Assembly (NCBI GenBank): GCA_944377305.1
Contig: CALWEL010000005.1
Coordinates: 5,149-69,148, forward strand
Direction of reading: 5' to 3'
Length of the DNA stretch: 64,000 nucleotides
Origin: an uncultured Clostridia bacterium
GTDB taxonomy: Bacteria > Bacillota > Clostridia > Christensenellales > UBA1242
The notes under the pieces were generated by a model that did not search any database, had not been told where the DNA came from, and was given only the letters and a program-made list of their open reading frames with translations. Each line of letters begins with the position of its first letter. Positions within the stretch are counted from its first letter, which is position 1. Below, piece after piece: positions 47,142 to 58,415 of this stretch. A program made the translations under genes and the position numbers.

Positions 47142-47627
47142 TTATTCTGATGGTATAATAATGATTTTATCTATCTCTACACCTAGTTGTTCTCTCACTA
47201 CTGAAGTGATTTGCGCCACTTCATCCCTTGTCAATTCTGCACTTTTTACAAAAACGTTTACATTTGAACTACTTGAAGTCACTATAGCGTCCTCAAATCC
47301 TTTGCCTCTAATTATTCCTTCGGTAACTAATTCTTTTTCCATCTGAGCAATGAGAGCCAGCTTATTCTCTTCAGCCTCTTTTTTAGCTTCCTCGCTACTT
47401 GTTGTGCTTGCAATTATTGAATCATAAAATTGAATTTCTTGAGTTCTTGTCGCCTCACGTTCTGTACGATATGATACATAAAAACTTTCTGATGTAGTAT
47501 TAGTTGTGGTGCTCATTCCTTCTGAAACAGTGCTATTTAATGCCACATTAACGTAACCTGTTATTAATAATAATGCCACCATAACTGATATAATAATAAT
47601 TTTTTTCTTTTTTGATAATGTTTTCAT
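47142..47627 (-). CDS. spoIIIAH: stage III sporulation protein AH
   Basis: 161 aa; N-terminal TM, last gene of the eight-gene spoIIIA operon. Confidence 0.8.
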   Translation of the reverse strand: MKTLSKKKKIIIISVMVALLLITGYVNVALNSTVSEGMSTTTNTTSESFYVSYRTEREATRTQEIQFYDSIIASTTSSEEAKKEAEENKLALIAQMEKELVTEGIIRGKGFEDAIVTSSSSNVNVFVKSAELTRDEVAQITSVVREQLGVEIDKIIIIPSE

Positions 47628-47635
47628 AAATCCTC

Positions 47636-48085
47636 CTATTCACTTGATAAAATTTCAATATTCCCATTATTTATATCAATAACTGCCTCAATTGCGTGTA
47701 ATACTTTTAATTTTGTTGCTGTATTGTCCACTCCTTTCGCTGTGACAATCACACCTTTTATCTCAGGAAACTCATTTAAATTAATGGTAGAGTCCGTCAC
47801 ATTCGCATCGCTCATATTTAATGTAATCATAACTTTCACATCTGACACACCTCCGATATTTGATAACGTCTCTTCTAAGTTTGATTCTAGCCTGTCTATA
47901 TATGCTGTAATAGTTAAGTTATCTGAACTGGAATCACTATTGTCCGCGTTTGAATTACTGAAGTTTGACATATATATGAGCAACAATATTACAATGAATA
48001 TAATTGCTATATAGATTTCAATATGCTTGATTTTTTTCAACTTCTCAAACCATTTGAACCCCGACTTCTTCTCATTATCACTCAT
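47636..48085 (-). CDS. spoIIIAG: stage III sporulation protein AG
   Basis: 149 aa; TM then PEIKGVIVTAKG C-terminal ring-building motif region; operon position. Confidence 0.8.
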   Translation of the reverse strand: MSDNEKKSGFKWFEKLKKIKHIEIYIAIIFIVILLLIYMSNFSNSNADNSDSSSDNLTITAYIDRLESNLEETLSNIGGVSDVKVMITLNMSDANVTDSTINLNEFPEIKGVIVTAKGVDNTATKLKVLHAIEAVIDINNGNIEILSSE

Positions 48086-48551
48086 AGAATATCATCTCCT
48101 CGTCAGTCAAATTTGTATATTCTCGGACAATCTCTTTAATGATTTCATATTTATTTATATGCTGGTTGTCCGAACTAATGACCAAATTTTCTAAATTAAT
48201 TGTACAAGAATTTATGGATAATTCGTTATTATCTATAGAATAATTAATTATAATGTCGATATTGAATAATCCTTCGTTCTCCAATTCTAAAGTTATATCA
48301 TTTTCTATTGTTGCTATTTTGTTAGTTTGAATATAATTAATCAAATTTTGATTTATTTCATATTCTTGATATTGCAAATTAAAGCCTTGATTGTTATTAA
48401 AAAATTTAATTATAGGAGTAATAATCACCGCCAGCACAAATATTGCATATATGCTCTTGATATATTTGCTAATTGTTCCGCTTGGGATTATAATATCTAT
48501 AAAGACGCCTGCTACCACTATTCCTAAAATACTTAATATATATCCTGCCAT
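48078..48551 (-). CDS. spoIIIAF: stage III sporulation protein AF
   Basis: Start moved to MAGYILSILGIVVAG (TGATG overlap with spoIIIAE stop); 2 TM; operon position. Confidence 0.75.
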   Translation of the reverse strand: MAGYILSILGIVVAGVFIDIIIPSGTISKYIKSIYAIFVLAVIITPIIKFFNNNQGFNLQYQEYEINQNLINYIQTNKIATIENDITLELENEGLFNIDIIINYSIDNNELSINSCTINLENLVISSDNQHINKYEIIKEIVREYTNLTDEEMIFYE

Positions 48552-49768
48552 CACATCACCACATTTGAGGTCATCATTACCAATCCTACTGATATCAAAT
48601 ACATAAATCCTACTGCTATAATACAAGACGATAGCATAGTTATTGACTTCGAAGTCGACATAAGAAAATTAGAAGTTTTGTTATTCCCCATAGGTTGCAA
48701 AATTGCGCTCACAAGCTTTAGTAATAAACTAAATACTACTATTTCCAACAATGGCGATATAATCGTGCTGATAATCATAAGTAGACCAACTAAACCAACT
48801 GCATTTTTGATAAGAATTGTACTAGAAAGAATTAAATCCATTCCGTCTGATAAATATCCACCCATAATAGGAATATAACTTTTAATCGTATACTTTGTCG
48901 TTCTTACGCTAAGGCTATCAAATGTACCAGCAGATATGCCCTGTATAGTAAATACTGCAAAAAATAATGTAAATACCAAACCAACACACCATTTAAATAA
49001 ACTTGAGATAAATGAATTGAATTTATCCAACTTTATATTATCTGAAAGATTATTGATAATTCCGAATACAAAGCTCATCATAAATAAAGGTAATATCAGA
49101 TATGTAAAAAAGTCTGCTACATACGTTGAGATTATTGCCACGATTGGTTGAAATACTCCCGCACTTGCAGTTGCTCCAATACCTATCATCAATGTTAAAA
49201 GTATAGGAAATATAGCATTCATCTGCGACACCATAGCTTTGATAGATGATACGCTCATCTCACTAATTGAACTTATCATACCTATTGTCAGCACTACAAC
49301 TGCCAAAAAACATACCAAATGAATCAATCCACTCGTCGACTTTTCATTGAATTTGCTCTTAATTCCATTCAATAAATTGCTTATTACACCTATAGCTACA
49401 ATTAACGAAAGCATAGGAAGATATTTCACTATCAATTCTACAAAAATTGAAAATAAACTTGCAAAAAATGAAGAATATGACACTGCATTTTCTCCTGAAA
49501 TGATTGAATATATTTTGCTTTTTATGTTATCAATTGAAAATATATTTGTGCTATTATTCTGGAATTCTTCTATCACTCCGTTAAGATCTGAAAAATCAAT
49601 TTCATTTAATTCATCTATTATTGAATTATTTAAGTCTTCACTGATTTCAACCGTTGCATTATCAACACAAAAGGTAGCCATAGGAGTAAATATAGAAAAT
49701 AATGATATCAGCAATATCATACAAATTATTGTTATTTTGTTTGAACGAACATTTTTCAATTTTTTCAT
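48551..49768 (-). CDS. spoIIIAE: stage III sporulation protein AE
   Basis: 405 aa polytopic protein with signal-like N-terminus; operon position and size. Confidence 0.85.
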   Translation of the reverse strand: MKKLKNVRSNKITIICMILLISLFSIFTPMATFCVDNATVEISEDLNNSIIDELNEIDFSDLNGVIEEFQNNSTNIFSIDNIKSKIYSIISGENAVSYSSFFASLFSIFVELIVKYLPMLSLIVAIGVISNLLNGIKSKFNEKSTSGLIHLVCFLAVVVLTIGMISSISEMSVSSIKAMVSQMNAIFPILLTLMIGIGATASAGVFQPIVAIISTYVADFFTYLILPLFMMSFVFGIINNLSDNIKLDKFNSFISSLFKWCVGLVFTLFFAVFTIQGISAGTFDSLSVRTTKYTIKSYIPIMGGYLSDGMDLILSSTILIKNAVGLVGLLMIISTIISPLLEIVVFSLLLKLVSAILQPMGNNKTSNFLMSTSKSITMLSSCIIAVGFMYLISVGLVMMTSNVVM

Positions 49769-50151
49769 AGTAATGACACCACCATATCTATTACAGTTGT
49801 CACTATAGGAAGCGCCACAAGTAAAATGACCAGTTTCCCTGCGAACAATACTTTATCCGCCACACTGCTTGCCCCTGCATCTAAACAAATATTTGCACCA
49901 AATTCCGTAATATATCCAATAGCAATAATTTTGAATAATGGAGTTAGCAGTGTCGTATCTACGCCTGTCGTTTGAAATATTCCATAAAAAGAAGACAAGA
50001 CAGAGCTAAGACTGTCAACAATCATTACAATTATTAAAATACTACCAGCAATGGAAATAATCATTGCTATTTCTGGTCGAGTTTGCTTGACTAATATTGA
50101 AGCAAATACTGTGACTAATGCCACTGCTAATATCTTTAATAATTCTGACAT
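49765..50151 (-). CDS. spoIIIAD: stage III sporulation protein AD
   Basis: 128 aa, 4 TM; operon position. Confidence 0.85.
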   Translation of the reverse strand: MSELLKILAVALVTVFASILVKQTRPEIAMIISIAGSILIIVMIVDSLSSVLSSFYGIFQTTGVDTTLLTPLFKIIAIGYITEFGANICLDAGASSVADKVLFAGKLVILLVALPIVTTVIDMVVSLL

Positions 50152-50158
50152 AATCTAC

Positions 50159-50347
50159 CTAAAAAATAAATAAAGACTGCACGGTCGTGAATAAATCTCG
50201 CACCAAATCTATCACCATAAGCAAACTAATTATTAAACCTGCAAGAGTTGTAATTGAAGCAATTTCTTCTTTTCCGCAATATTTCAATATTTGATTCACA
50301 ATAGATGTAATTAATCCAATTCCAGCCAATTTAAAAATTATTTCCAT
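50159..50347 (-). CDS. spoIIIAC: stage III sporulation protein AC
   Basis: Start moved to MEIIFKLAGIGLIT (RBS GGAGGG); 62 aa, 2 TM. Confidence 0.85.
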   Translation of the reverse strand: MEIIFKLAGIGLITSIVNQILKYCGKEEIASITTLAGLIISLLMVIDLVRDLFTTVQSLFIF

Positions 50348-50355
50348 ATTCCCTC

Positions 50356-50838
50356 CTAAATCAATAAAATTGCAAGTCCCATTGCAAATAGTAGTGAGAG
50401 TTTTATTATCATAGGACAAAGTTTATTTTTATCTTCATTTGCCTTTGCTAATTTTTCATCAACCATCAATAAAAATGATTCCATCTGATTGATTTCATTC
50501 TTTGCATCATATTTACCAATATTTTTCACTATGTCTTGCAACATTTGTTTATCTTCATCTTCTAAAACTTTTATTTTTTCCAAATAAACTTCACCCGTCT
50601 TTAAGAAATTTGAATATTCTTCAATAAATATTTTAAATTGTTTTTTTGAATTGTTTTTTTTCAAAAATTCATCAATTTTTTCTTGCCGAAATGCTAAATT
50701 GATTTTAAATTCATTTAAAAATTGCTTCAAATTATTAAAAAAGTCATATTTATCCTTAATTTGTTCACTCACTGAATATGCAATCATCATTATAGCAACT
50801 ACTAATATAATAATTAATATCCATTTGATCATACACAC
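50356..50838 (-). CDS. spoIIIAB: stage III sporulation protein AB
   Basis: 160 aa; TM at both ends; operon position. Confidence 0.8.
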   Translation of the reverse strand: MCMIKWILIIILVVAIMMIAYSVSEQIKDKYDFFNNLKQFLNEFKINLAFRQEKIDEFLKKNNSKKQFKIFIEEYSNFLKTGEVYLEKIKVLEDEDKQMLQDIVKNIGKYDAKNEINQMESFLLMVDEKLAKANEDKNKLCPMIIKLSLLFAMGLAILLI

Positions 50839-51737
50839 CTACAATAGATACAATTCAATTTCTCGTCATAAATATTTGTTAATGTTCCTGGTCCCTCATC
50901 GCTTGACAACACAACAAATCTAGAAAAAAATTTTTCATTCAAAATCTTATCAAAATTTGGTTTCTTTTTTAATTGATTCATATCTTTTGCGTGTATAGTG
51001 GCAATTACATTTACTCCACAATTTATCGCTTCTATGATTGAGTCCAAATCTTTTTCTAAATCTATTTCATCTGTTACTATTAGGTCTGGACGCATACTTC
51101 GTATACCATTTTTGAAAGCAAATTTTTTTGTACAATTAGTGTAAATATCGCAAAAACCACCCAAATCTATATTTGGTTCCCCATTTATGACTGAACAAAT
51201 TTCATTTCTTTCATCTGCTATTAAAACATTTTTTGATATATTATGTGTGTATAATTGATAGATAAAATCTCTAATAAATGTCGTTTTTCCACTTCCTGGC
51301 GGAGATATAACTAAGGTGTTTTTCACATCCTCATTTACTAAATAATCAAATGCCGGCAAACTACAATTCCTAACTACGTGAGGAATACGAATGTTGACTG
51401 ATTGAAAATCTTTCACTGTGACAATTTTATCTCCGTCTGTCACAATATTCCCACACATCCCCACACGTATCCCCTTAGCAAGGGTGATAAATCCATTAAC
51501 AATATTATCATTAAACGCATAGATAGAGTTTTCACTTGCACGTCTTACAAAATTTTCAATAATGTTTTTACTGATTTTCACGAATTCTCCATTATCATCT
51601 TTTAAATAATATTTTTTATTTTTCACAACTACAATCAAGTTTTCATTTGCACGCATACGTATTTCAGTTATCTCAGAGAAGCTGAATGTCTTTGTAATCA
51701 AATTATAAATTTCTCTATCTAAATAATCTTTTAACAT
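50829..51737 (-). CDS. spoIIIAA: stage III sporulation protein AA (secretion-type ATPase)
   Basis: 302 aa; Walker A SPPGSGKTT, Walker B LIVTDEI. Confidence 0.9.
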   Translation of the reverse strand: MLKDYLDREIYNLITKTFSFSEITEIRMRANENLIVVVKNKKYYLKDDNGEFVKISKNIIENFVRRASENSIYAFNDNIVNGFITLAKGIRVGMCGNIVTDGDKIVTVKDFQSVNIRIPHVVRNCSLPAFDYLVNEDVKNTLVISPPGSGKTTFIRDFIYQLYTHNISKNVLIADERNEICSVINGEPNIDLGGFCDIYTNCTKKFAFKNGIRSMRPDLIVTDEIDLEKDLDSIIEAINCGVNVIATIHAKDMNQLKKKPNFDKILNEKFFSRFVVLSSDEGPGTLTNIYDEKLNCIYCRCV

Positions 51738-51862
51738 ACATAAACCTATTAGTTAAAAATGAAAAAAATGCGCAAAAAAAAATCAATACCACAATAGTAC
51801 TGATTTTTCGACTTTATATGTATTTTTACATTAATTTTTGCCTAAATAAAAGTGAAAAAAGA

Positions 51863-52441
51863 TTATAATCTCTCCATATATTCGCCTGTACGAGTATCAA
51901 CGCGAACACGATCTCCCTCATTTACAAATAAAGGTACTTGGATGACATATCCAGTTTCTAATGTGGCAGGTTTGCCACCTGTCTTTACTGTATCTCCACG
52001 TACACCAGGCTCTGTCTTTGCAATAGTCAATTCTACAAATATTGGTGGCTCAACATTAATTGGCTGACCATTATAAAATTGTACATTACAATTGGTATTC
52101 TCAACAACAAAATTCAAAGCATCTTTCACTGTATCATAATTAAATGGAATTTGATCGTAAGTATTATTGTCCATAAAATAATACAATCCACCTTCGTTAT
52201 ACAGATACATCATCTCTTTTCTCTCAATTGATATATCATTAATCTTTTCAGAAGGATTGAATGTGCGTTCAATTACTTTACCTGTAATTACATTTTTTAG
52301 AGTTGTACGCACAAAAGCCGCTCCTTTGCCCGGTTTTACGTGTTGAAAATCTACTACCAAAAATAAACTAGGTTTTTTAGCATCTGTAGATGAACCATCA
52401 TCAAAAATAACTCCTTTTCTAATATCTCCTGCTGTAATCAT
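51863..52441 (-). CDS. efp: elongation factor P
   Basis: 192 aa; [15 protein letters not shown] loop; three OB-like domains. Confidence 0.95.
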   Translation of the reverse strand: MITAGDIRKGVIFDDGSSTDAKKPSLFLVVDFQHVKPGKGAAFVRTTLKNVITGKVIERTFNPSEKINDISIERKEMMYLYNEGGLYYFMDNNTYDQIPFNYDTVKDALNFVVENTNCNVQFYNGQPINVEPPIFVELTIAKTEPGVRGDTVKTGGKPATLETGYVIQVPLFVNEGDRVRVDTRTGEYMERL

Positions 52442-52524
52442 AATTGTTTTCTCCTTAAATTAATCTAATTTAGTATAACATAATTTTATTTTTTTGACAA
52501 TAATTAGACGTCAATAAACAAAAT

Positions 52525-53382
52525 TTAATTCAAAAATAATGACATTTTTGCAACACTTTTTGAAACTGATACAATTGCAATGGTATCAATATTGTCATTT
52601 AATTTATATAATCCATTTGGTAAATTTGTTTGAATGATCTGACCATTTAGCAATCTAAAAGTTTGATTACTATTTAATTTTATGGTTGGAATGTCTATCA
52701 GATTATCCAATTTGATTATATAATCAAATATATTATTTTCATTCAATTCCCGAATATCTACACAATCATTTAATCCTACTGTTCCGACATTCGTACGAAT
52801 CAAGTCAATCATTGTGGCATAAGAATTCAACTTAGAAGCCAAATCTCTACAAATTGATCGAATATATGTTCCACTTCCACATTTAATATATAAAGTCAAA
52901 ACATTTTTTGTGTAATCTAAAATTTTTATTTCATATATAGAGACGATCTTTGGAGTCAATTCAAAATCAATATTACTTCTAGCCAGTTCGTACGCACGTT
53001 TTCCATTTATATTTTTGGCACTATATCTAGGTGGAATTTGTGCAATTTTGCCGATGAAATCACCAATTACATTTTTTATTTGATCAATATTAGGAATTAT
53101 GTTGGTTTCATCTATAACTTTTCCAACGATATCCAAAGTATCAGTTTCATAACCAAATTCAAATTTTGCTATATAAGCTTTTGTCTTTTCTTGAAAAAAA
53201 TCAAATAATTTAGTTGCTTTCCCCATAGTCACCAATAAAACACCCGTAGCCAATGGATCAAGTGTCCCTAGATGCCCTACACGTTTAATTTTTAATATAT
53301 GCTTAATCCTATTAACTACATCAAAACTAGTCCAATCTTTAGGCTTATTTATCGCTAAAATACCTTTTTTAATCATTTTCAT
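52525..53382 (-). CDS. truB: tRNA pseudouridine-55 synthase
   Basis: 285 aa; GHLGTLDPLATGVLLV catalytic Asp motif. Confidence 0.9.
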   Translation of the reverse strand: MKMIKKGILAINKPKDWTSFDVVNRIKHILKIKRVGHLGTLDPLATGVLLVTMGKATKLFDFFQEKTKAYIAKFEFGYETDTLDIVGKVIDETNIIPNIDQIKNVIGDFIGKIAQIPPRYSAKNINGKRAYELARSNIDFELTPKIVSIYEIKILDYTKNVLTLYIKCGSGTYIRSICRDLASKLNSYATMIDLIRTNVGTVGLNDCVDIRELNENNIFDYIIKLDNLIDIPTIKLNSNQTFRLLNGQIIQTNLPNGLYKLNDNIDTIAIVSVSKSVAKMSLFLN

Positions 53383-53746
53383 TTTCCGTATCGTCTGGTG
53401 CAGTTGAGTATTTTATAGTTTTTAAAATATTATCAATTCTATTAGCATATTCTTCTGAGGTGTCTAGGATGAATTCTAAACGCGGGATTATCCTTAAATT
53501 GATTCTTTTGGATAATTGTCCGCGAATGAAGCCCCCAGCACCTTTCAGCCGTGCGACAACTTCGTCTTTCGGTATTTTGCCGATAGATGAAATATATACT
53601 TTAGAATGAGCTAAATCTGGTGTAGTATCTACCTGATTCACACTAATTATGGCGTCAATTTGAGGGTCTCGTAATTTGGTATCTATAATCTCTGATACTA
53701 TTTTCTGTATTTCACTATTTATACGTTCTAACCTAACACTTTTCAT
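53369..53746 (-). CDS. rbfA: ribosome-binding factor A
   Basis: 125 aa; R..R....I......I....L.DP motif; downstream of infB. Confidence 0.9.
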   Translation of the reverse strand: MKSVRLERINSEIQKIVSEIIDTKLRDPQIDAIISVNQVDTTPDLAHSKVYISSIGKIPKDEVVARLKGAGGFIRGQLSKRINLRIIPRLEFILDTSEEYANRIDNILKTIKYSTAPDDTENEND

Positions 53747-56256
53747 TCTTCAATCCTTTTTAAAGTGTAACATTCAATTTTATCTCCTACTACTACATCG
53801 TCAAAACCAGTCTTTATTCCGCATTCTCTATCTTTGCCTGCTTCTTTGACATCATCTTTTACAATTTTCAAAGATTTGATTTCCGTTTCAATCAGCAGTT
53901 CATCACCACGATATATACGTGCACGTTCACCACGAACTATTTTCCCATCTCTAACCATACATCCCGCGATTATTCCAGCATTTGAAAGTTTGAATACTGC
54001 GATAACATCTGCACGACCGAGATAAATTTCTTCATATTTAGGTTCTTTCATTCCTTTTATTACACGGTCGAGTTCATCTAGTAACTCATATATGATCTTA
54101 TATGAATAGATTTTAATTTTCATTCTATCGGCTAAAGTTTTAACTTTACTATCCTGACCTACATTAAATGCAATCACCATAGCATTGGATGCATTCGCAA
54201 GTATAAGGTCACTTTCACTCACTGCTCCCACTCCGCTATGAAGAATGTTAATCTTCACTTCATCATTTACTAATTTCATTATAGAAGATTTTATTGCTTC
54301 AAGAGAACCGTGAACATCTGTTTTTAAGATAATATTTAAAATCTTGATATCCTTTTCGCTAGTCTTTTGTAGCAGATCTTCCAATGTATTGCCTCCACTG
54401 TGTTTAATTAAATCCTCTTTTATCTTAGCTTTTCTATCTTCTACTATTTGCTTTGACAATTTTTCATCAACAACAGTGAAGGATTCACCTGCTATAGGCA
54501 CTTCATTAAATCCTAGCACAGTGACAGGCATCGATGGCTCTGCAACTTTCACTGCTCTATTATTTTCGTCTATCATTGCTTTGACTTTGCATATACTTGT
54601 TCCGGATACAATCGTATCTCCAATATGCAATGATCCATCTAGCACGATCAATGAAGCCACCGCCCCTTTTCCTCTATCCAAACGAGATTCTAGAAGAGTA
54701 CCGATTGCTGGCACATTTGGATTGGCTTTCAAATCTTGCATATCTGCGACAAGCAAAATTGTTTCAAGCAATTTGTCAATTCCCTCTCCTGTATGAGCTG
54801 AAATTTTACATATTATAGCATCCCCTCCCCAAGCTTCTGGTAATACATTATGCTCTGCCAATTGTTGCATTACTTTGTCAGGATCCGCTTGAGGTTTATC
54901 CATCTTATTTATTGCAACAATCATAGGTATTTTCGCTGATTTAATATGATTGATTGCTTCTATTGTTTGTGGCATAATCCCATCATCAGCTGCAACGATT
55001 AAAATAGCGATATCTGTCACTGAAGCACCACGTGCGCGCATTGCTGTGAAGGCCTCGTGTCCAGGTGTATCAATGAAAGTAATATATCTATTGTTCACAT
55101 TTACTCGGTATGCACCAATTGCTTGTGTAATACCGCCCGCTTCAGCCAAAGTAACTTTTGTCTTTCTAATATAGTCAAGCAAACTTGTCTTTCCGTGATC
55201 TACGTGTCCCATAACCGTAACAATTGGTGGACGAGCGACAGCCTCTGATTCATCATACGAGCGAATATTTTTCTGAACATCTTGCAATTTTTCTTCGCTT
55301 GTTTTATCCAATTTTTGAATTAAATCTACACCCATATCCGACATCACTAATTCTGCAGTTTGAAAATCCACTATTGAATTGATTGTCATCATCATACCTA
55401 ATTGCATAAATTTCTTAATGATTTCGCTCACAGGTCTCCCACTAGCTTCAGATAATAATTTGATGGTTATATTGTCGGTGGTTATAATCGCTGGGCCTTG
55501 TGGTTTTTCTATCACTTTTTCAATAACTTCTTTCTTTTTAGGACGGATTTTCCTATTAACCATTCTATCTTCTGTATCCTCAAAATCAAGCATTCCGCGT
55601 TTGATTAAATCACGTTTTGAATATGCCCTCTTTTCTTCTCCTCTCTCATTATCCTTCTTCTTATTGCCAAAATTCCTTGCAGGGTTCGCCGTAATAACGG
55701 GCTGAGCGTAATTAATTGATGGTCGTTTATTCAAATTGTCCTTATTAAATGATGGTCTTTGACCTGGTTTATAATTTTGATTAGGTTTATTTGAATTAAA
55801 TGGTCTATTCTGATTGTTCTGATTTTGCAGTCTGTTGTTGAATGGACGCCTATCTTTATTAAAGTTGTTTGGATTATTTGTATTGTAATTTTTATTGTAG
55901 TTATTTCTATTATTATTTGAATTAGAGTGTTGCTTTGAAAAGTTTTGATTTTTATTCACATTATTTTCTTGCTTGGTCTTCTGTGTTTCAATTACAACTT
56001 CTGGCTTTTGAGGAGCAGAAACAATTTCAGGCTTTGTTTCCTGAATTTGACTAACCTGTTCTTTTAATGCCTGCTGTTTACTTTCCTCGATTAAAAGCTT
56101 AGTTTCCTTTTCCTTAACAGCACGAGCCAAATTGTTCATTTCAGTTTTTAAATTGAAATATCTCTCGGCAAGATTAATTAACATCTTGTCTTTAACCATA
56201 GATTGTAATTGTTTAATTGATTTATTAAATTCTTGATTCTTAGTTTCGTTAGCCAA
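53743..56256 (-). CDS. infB: translation initiation factor IF-2 (Asn-rich N-terminal region)
   Basis: 837 aa; G domain [18 protein letters not shown]. Confidence 0.95.
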   Translation of the reverse strand: MANETKNQEFNKSIKQLQSMVKDKMLINLAERYFNLKTEMNNLARAVKEKETKLLIEESKQQALKEQVSQIQETKPEIVSAPQKPEVVIETQKTKQENNVNKNQNFSKQHSNSNNNRNNYNKNYNTNNPNNFNKDRRPFNNRLQNQNNQNRPFNSNKPNQNYKPGQRPSFNKDNLNKRPSINYAQPVITANPARNFGNKKKDNERGEEKRAYSKRDLIKRGMLDFEDTEDRMVNRKIRPKKKEVIEKVIEKPQGPAIITTDNITIKLLSEASGRPVSEIIKKFMQLGMMMTINSIVDFQTAELVMSDMGVDLIQKLDKTSEEKLQDVQKNIRSYDESEAVARPPIVTVMGHVDHGKTSLLDYIRKTKVTLAEAGGITQAIGAYRVNVNNRYITFIDTPGHEAFTAMRARGASVTDIAILIVAADDGIMPQTIEAINHIKSAKIPMIVAINKMDKPQADPDKVMQQLAEHNVLPEAWGGDAIICKISAHTGEGIDKLLETILLVADMQDLKANPNVPAIGTLLESRLDRGKGAVASLIVLDGSLHIGDTIVSGTSICKVKAMIDENNRAVKVAEPSMPVTVLGFNEVPIAGESFTVVDEKLSKQIVEDRKAKIKEDLIKHSGGNTLEDLLQKTSEKDIKILNIILKTDVHGSLEAIKSSIMKLVNDEVKINILHSGVGAVSESDLILANASNAMVIAFNVGQDSKVKTLADRMKIKIYSYKIIYELLDELDRVIKGMKEPKYEEIYLGRADVIAVFKLSNAGIIAGCMVRDGKIVRGERARIYRGDELLIETEIKSLKIVKDDVKEAGKDRECGIKTGFDDVVVGDKIECYTLKRIEE

Positions 56257-56548
56257 TATTAATTATCTCCTTATTATCTATTATTGCTCTGCTTAAATTT
56301 TCATCTGTGATTCCTATAATTTTGACGTCTTGTATATTGGTTAGTGTATCAAGCCTTGGTTTTGTTATTATATAATCACATCCATTTTTAAACGCTAAAT
56401 TTTTAGCTAAATCGATCAAATTTTCACTTGCAGACGAACACACTAATACTAAATAAAGTCTTTTGTCTGTTCGTTTTAAGTGTGATTGTCCCACAATCAC
56501 TTTTTTTGCTTTAATCGCAAAACCTATATAACTAATTATTTTGTTCAT
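56249..56548 (-). CDS. ylxQ: L7Ae-family RNA-binding protein YlxQ
   Basis: 99 aa; position between ylxR and infB. Confidence 0.8.
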   Translation of the reverse strand: MNKIISYIGFAIKAKKVIVGQSHLKRTDKRLYLVLVCSSASENLIDLAKNLAFKNGCDYIITKPRLDTLTNIQDVKIIGITDENLSRAIIDNKEIINIG

Positions 56549-56789
56549 ATTCTCCTAACTGGTCATAAATTGAATTGTCTACATTCATTTTGAAAGCCCG
56601 GTTAAATAATTTCTTTTTAACTGCTAATTTTATACAAATGTTATTTTTACAAACATAAGCGCCACGACCACCAAATTTATTTTTATCATCGATTATGATC
56701 TGATTATTTACTTTAGCCAGCCTTAGCATTTCACTTTGAAGTTTTCCCTGTCTACAAGCGACACATCTTCTACATTGTTTCAAATGCAT
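56532..56789 (-). CDS. ylxR: YlxR (DUF448) RNA-binding protein
   Basis: 85 aa; RRCVACR ... GRGAYVC motifs. Confidence 0.85.
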   Translation of the reverse strand: MHLKQCRRCVACRQGKLQSEMLRLAKVNNQIIIDDKNKFGGRGAYVCKNNICIKLAVKKKLFNRAFKMNVDNSIYDQLGEYEQNN

Positions 56790-56799
56790 TGGACGCCTC

Positions 56800-57927
56800 T
56801 TATTCGTCTATATCATCGAAGAAATCATCATCTAGAATAATATTTGCACTATTAGTGCTAACTATATCATTTGCCTTGTGAGTACTGGAGTCAACTACTG
56901 CTGGCTTGACATCAATTTTATATCCTGTCAATTTGGCAGCCAACCGAACATTGTGTCCACCCTTTCCTATAGCTAATGAAAGCTTGTTTTCTGGCACGAT
57001 CACATTTGCTACTCCTGCAGCAGTGTCAACAGTGATCTCACTTACTTCTGCAGGACTTAGAGCAGATACAATATATTCTGCTGGATTATCACTATAATTA
57101 ATGATATCTATTTTTTCACCATTTAATTCATTAATCACCGAATTTATTCTACTGCCTCTATTGCCAATACACGCCCCTACAGGATCAAGATTCGGTACTG
57201 TGGTTGAAACTGCAATTTTTGTCCTTAAACCTGCTTCTCGTACAATTCCTATAATGTTAACTTCTCCATTGGTGAGTTCTGGCACTTCCATTTCAAGTAG
57301 TAATCTTACAAAATTTGCGTGAGTCCTGGTCACTTGAACAACTGTTCCTTTAAAATCATTATGAATATGACGAACATACACTTTAACTTTGTCACCAGGC
57401 TTGAAATGATCTGTAGGCAAGACATCGCGTTTTGTGAGCAATCCTTCTAGTGTAGTGCCTCCAATTTCAAGATATACATTCTCGCCATCTATGCGTTTAA
57501 CATTTGCCACAATTAATTTGCCTTCTTTTTCAGCAATATCCTTGTAAACAGATTGCTTTTCTATTTCTTTTATCTTTTGTGTGATAACTTGTTTTGCAGT
57601 TTGCACAGCTATGCGGTTGAATTCCTTTGTGCTTTCTTCTTGCATAACTAGGTCACCAATTTTATAAGAATGTTTAATTTGATGAGCATCCTCCAAACTA
57701 ATTTCTTTCTCCTCATCTTCAACTTTATCTACTACAGTTCTATATGAATAAATCTTGATTGTATTCTTCTCTGGAATCAATTTAACTTGTGCGTTGCGGG
57801 CTTGTCCACTATTCTTTTTATATGCTGCAGTTAGTGCCTGCTCTAATGTGGAAATGAAAACATCCTGCTTTATGCCTTTTTCAGCCTCCAAATCTCTCAA
57901 TGCTTCAAAAAAATCTTTATTAATCAT
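56800..57927 (-). CDS. nusA: transcription termination/antitermination factor NusA
   Basis: 375 aa; N-terminal domain, S1, two KH (GACIGNRGSRI, AIGKGGHNVRLA). Confidence 0.95.
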   Translation of the reverse strand: MINKDFFEALRDLEAEKGIKQDVFISTLEQALTAAYKKNSGQARNAQVKLIPEKNTIKIYSYRTVVDKVEDEEKEISLEDAHQIKHSYKIGDLVMQEESTKEFNRIAVQTAKQVITQKIKEIEKQSVYKDIAEKEGKLIVANVKRIDGENVYLEIGGTTLEGLLTKRDVLPTDHFKPGDKVKVYVRHIHNDFKGTVVQVTRTHANFVRLLLEMEVPELTNGEVNIIGIVREAGLRTKIAVSTTVPNLDPVGACIGNRGSRINSVINELNGEKIDIINYSDNPAEYIVSALSPAEVSEITVDTAAGVANVIVPENKLSLAIGKGGHNVRLAAKLTGYKIDVKPAVVDSSTHKANDIVSTNSANIILDDDFFDDIDE

Positions 57928-57941
57928 TTTATCTTTACTCC

Positions 57942-58394
57942 TTAAAATTCTATATATGGTGTAATATATGCTATATCAGTAGCGTTTATAGTAAAATTTT
58001 CATCATTAAGATTGAATATGAAACCTTTTTCATCTTTTCCTAAAAGGGTCGCCACAAACTCTTTTCTATTGTCTATCTTTCTATAAAGTTTGACATTGAC
58101 CTTTTGATTTTCGTATTTCTTAAATTGCCAATCATATTTGAGAGGTCTATCCAATCCATAAGATGATACATCCAAAGTGTAAGGTGCATCATTTGTCGGA
58201 TTTAAATCATCAATGGTCTGATTGATCAGATCATTAACTTTGACGCAATCATCTATAGTCACACCACCTTCTTTGTCGATATAAACTATTAAATGCATAC
58301 CATCATTGCGCTTTACATACTCTACTTCCACTAGTTTCACCCCATCTTGAAATAGTGGCTTAATGTTTTCATAAACTAAATCTGCTACTTTCAT
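57942..58394 (-). CDS. rimP: ribosome maturation factor RimP
   Basis: 150 aa; directly upstream of nusA; SSYGLDRPL motif. Confidence 0.9.
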   Translation of the reverse strand: MKVADLVYENIKPLFQDGVKLVEVEYVKRNDGMHLIVYIDKEGGVTIDDCVKVNDLINQTIDDLNPTNDAPYTLDVSSYGLDRPLKYDWQFKKYENQKVNVKLYRKIDNRKEFVATLLGKDEKGFIFNLNDENFTINATDIAYITPYIEF

Positions 58395-58415
58395 ATTACT
58401 CCTATAAAACTAATT

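Noticed and set aside
48683-48694. A 12-nt identity (ATTCCCCATAGG) with the 3' part of tRNA-Glu (39707..39718), considered as a possible att duplication.
   Set aside because: It lies inside the spoIIIAE coding sequence, 9 kb away with core genes in between, and is too short. It is most likely coincidence.
49347-49808. Long antisense ORFs in the track. Examples are 49347..49808, 54344..54796, 45339..45719, 55379..55705, 42189..42506, 12580..12867, 63422..63782, 839..1027 and 1104..1325.
   Set aside because: All lie opposite well-supported conserved genes, have low-complexity hydrophobic translations typical of shadow frames in AT-rich DNA, and lack an RBS.
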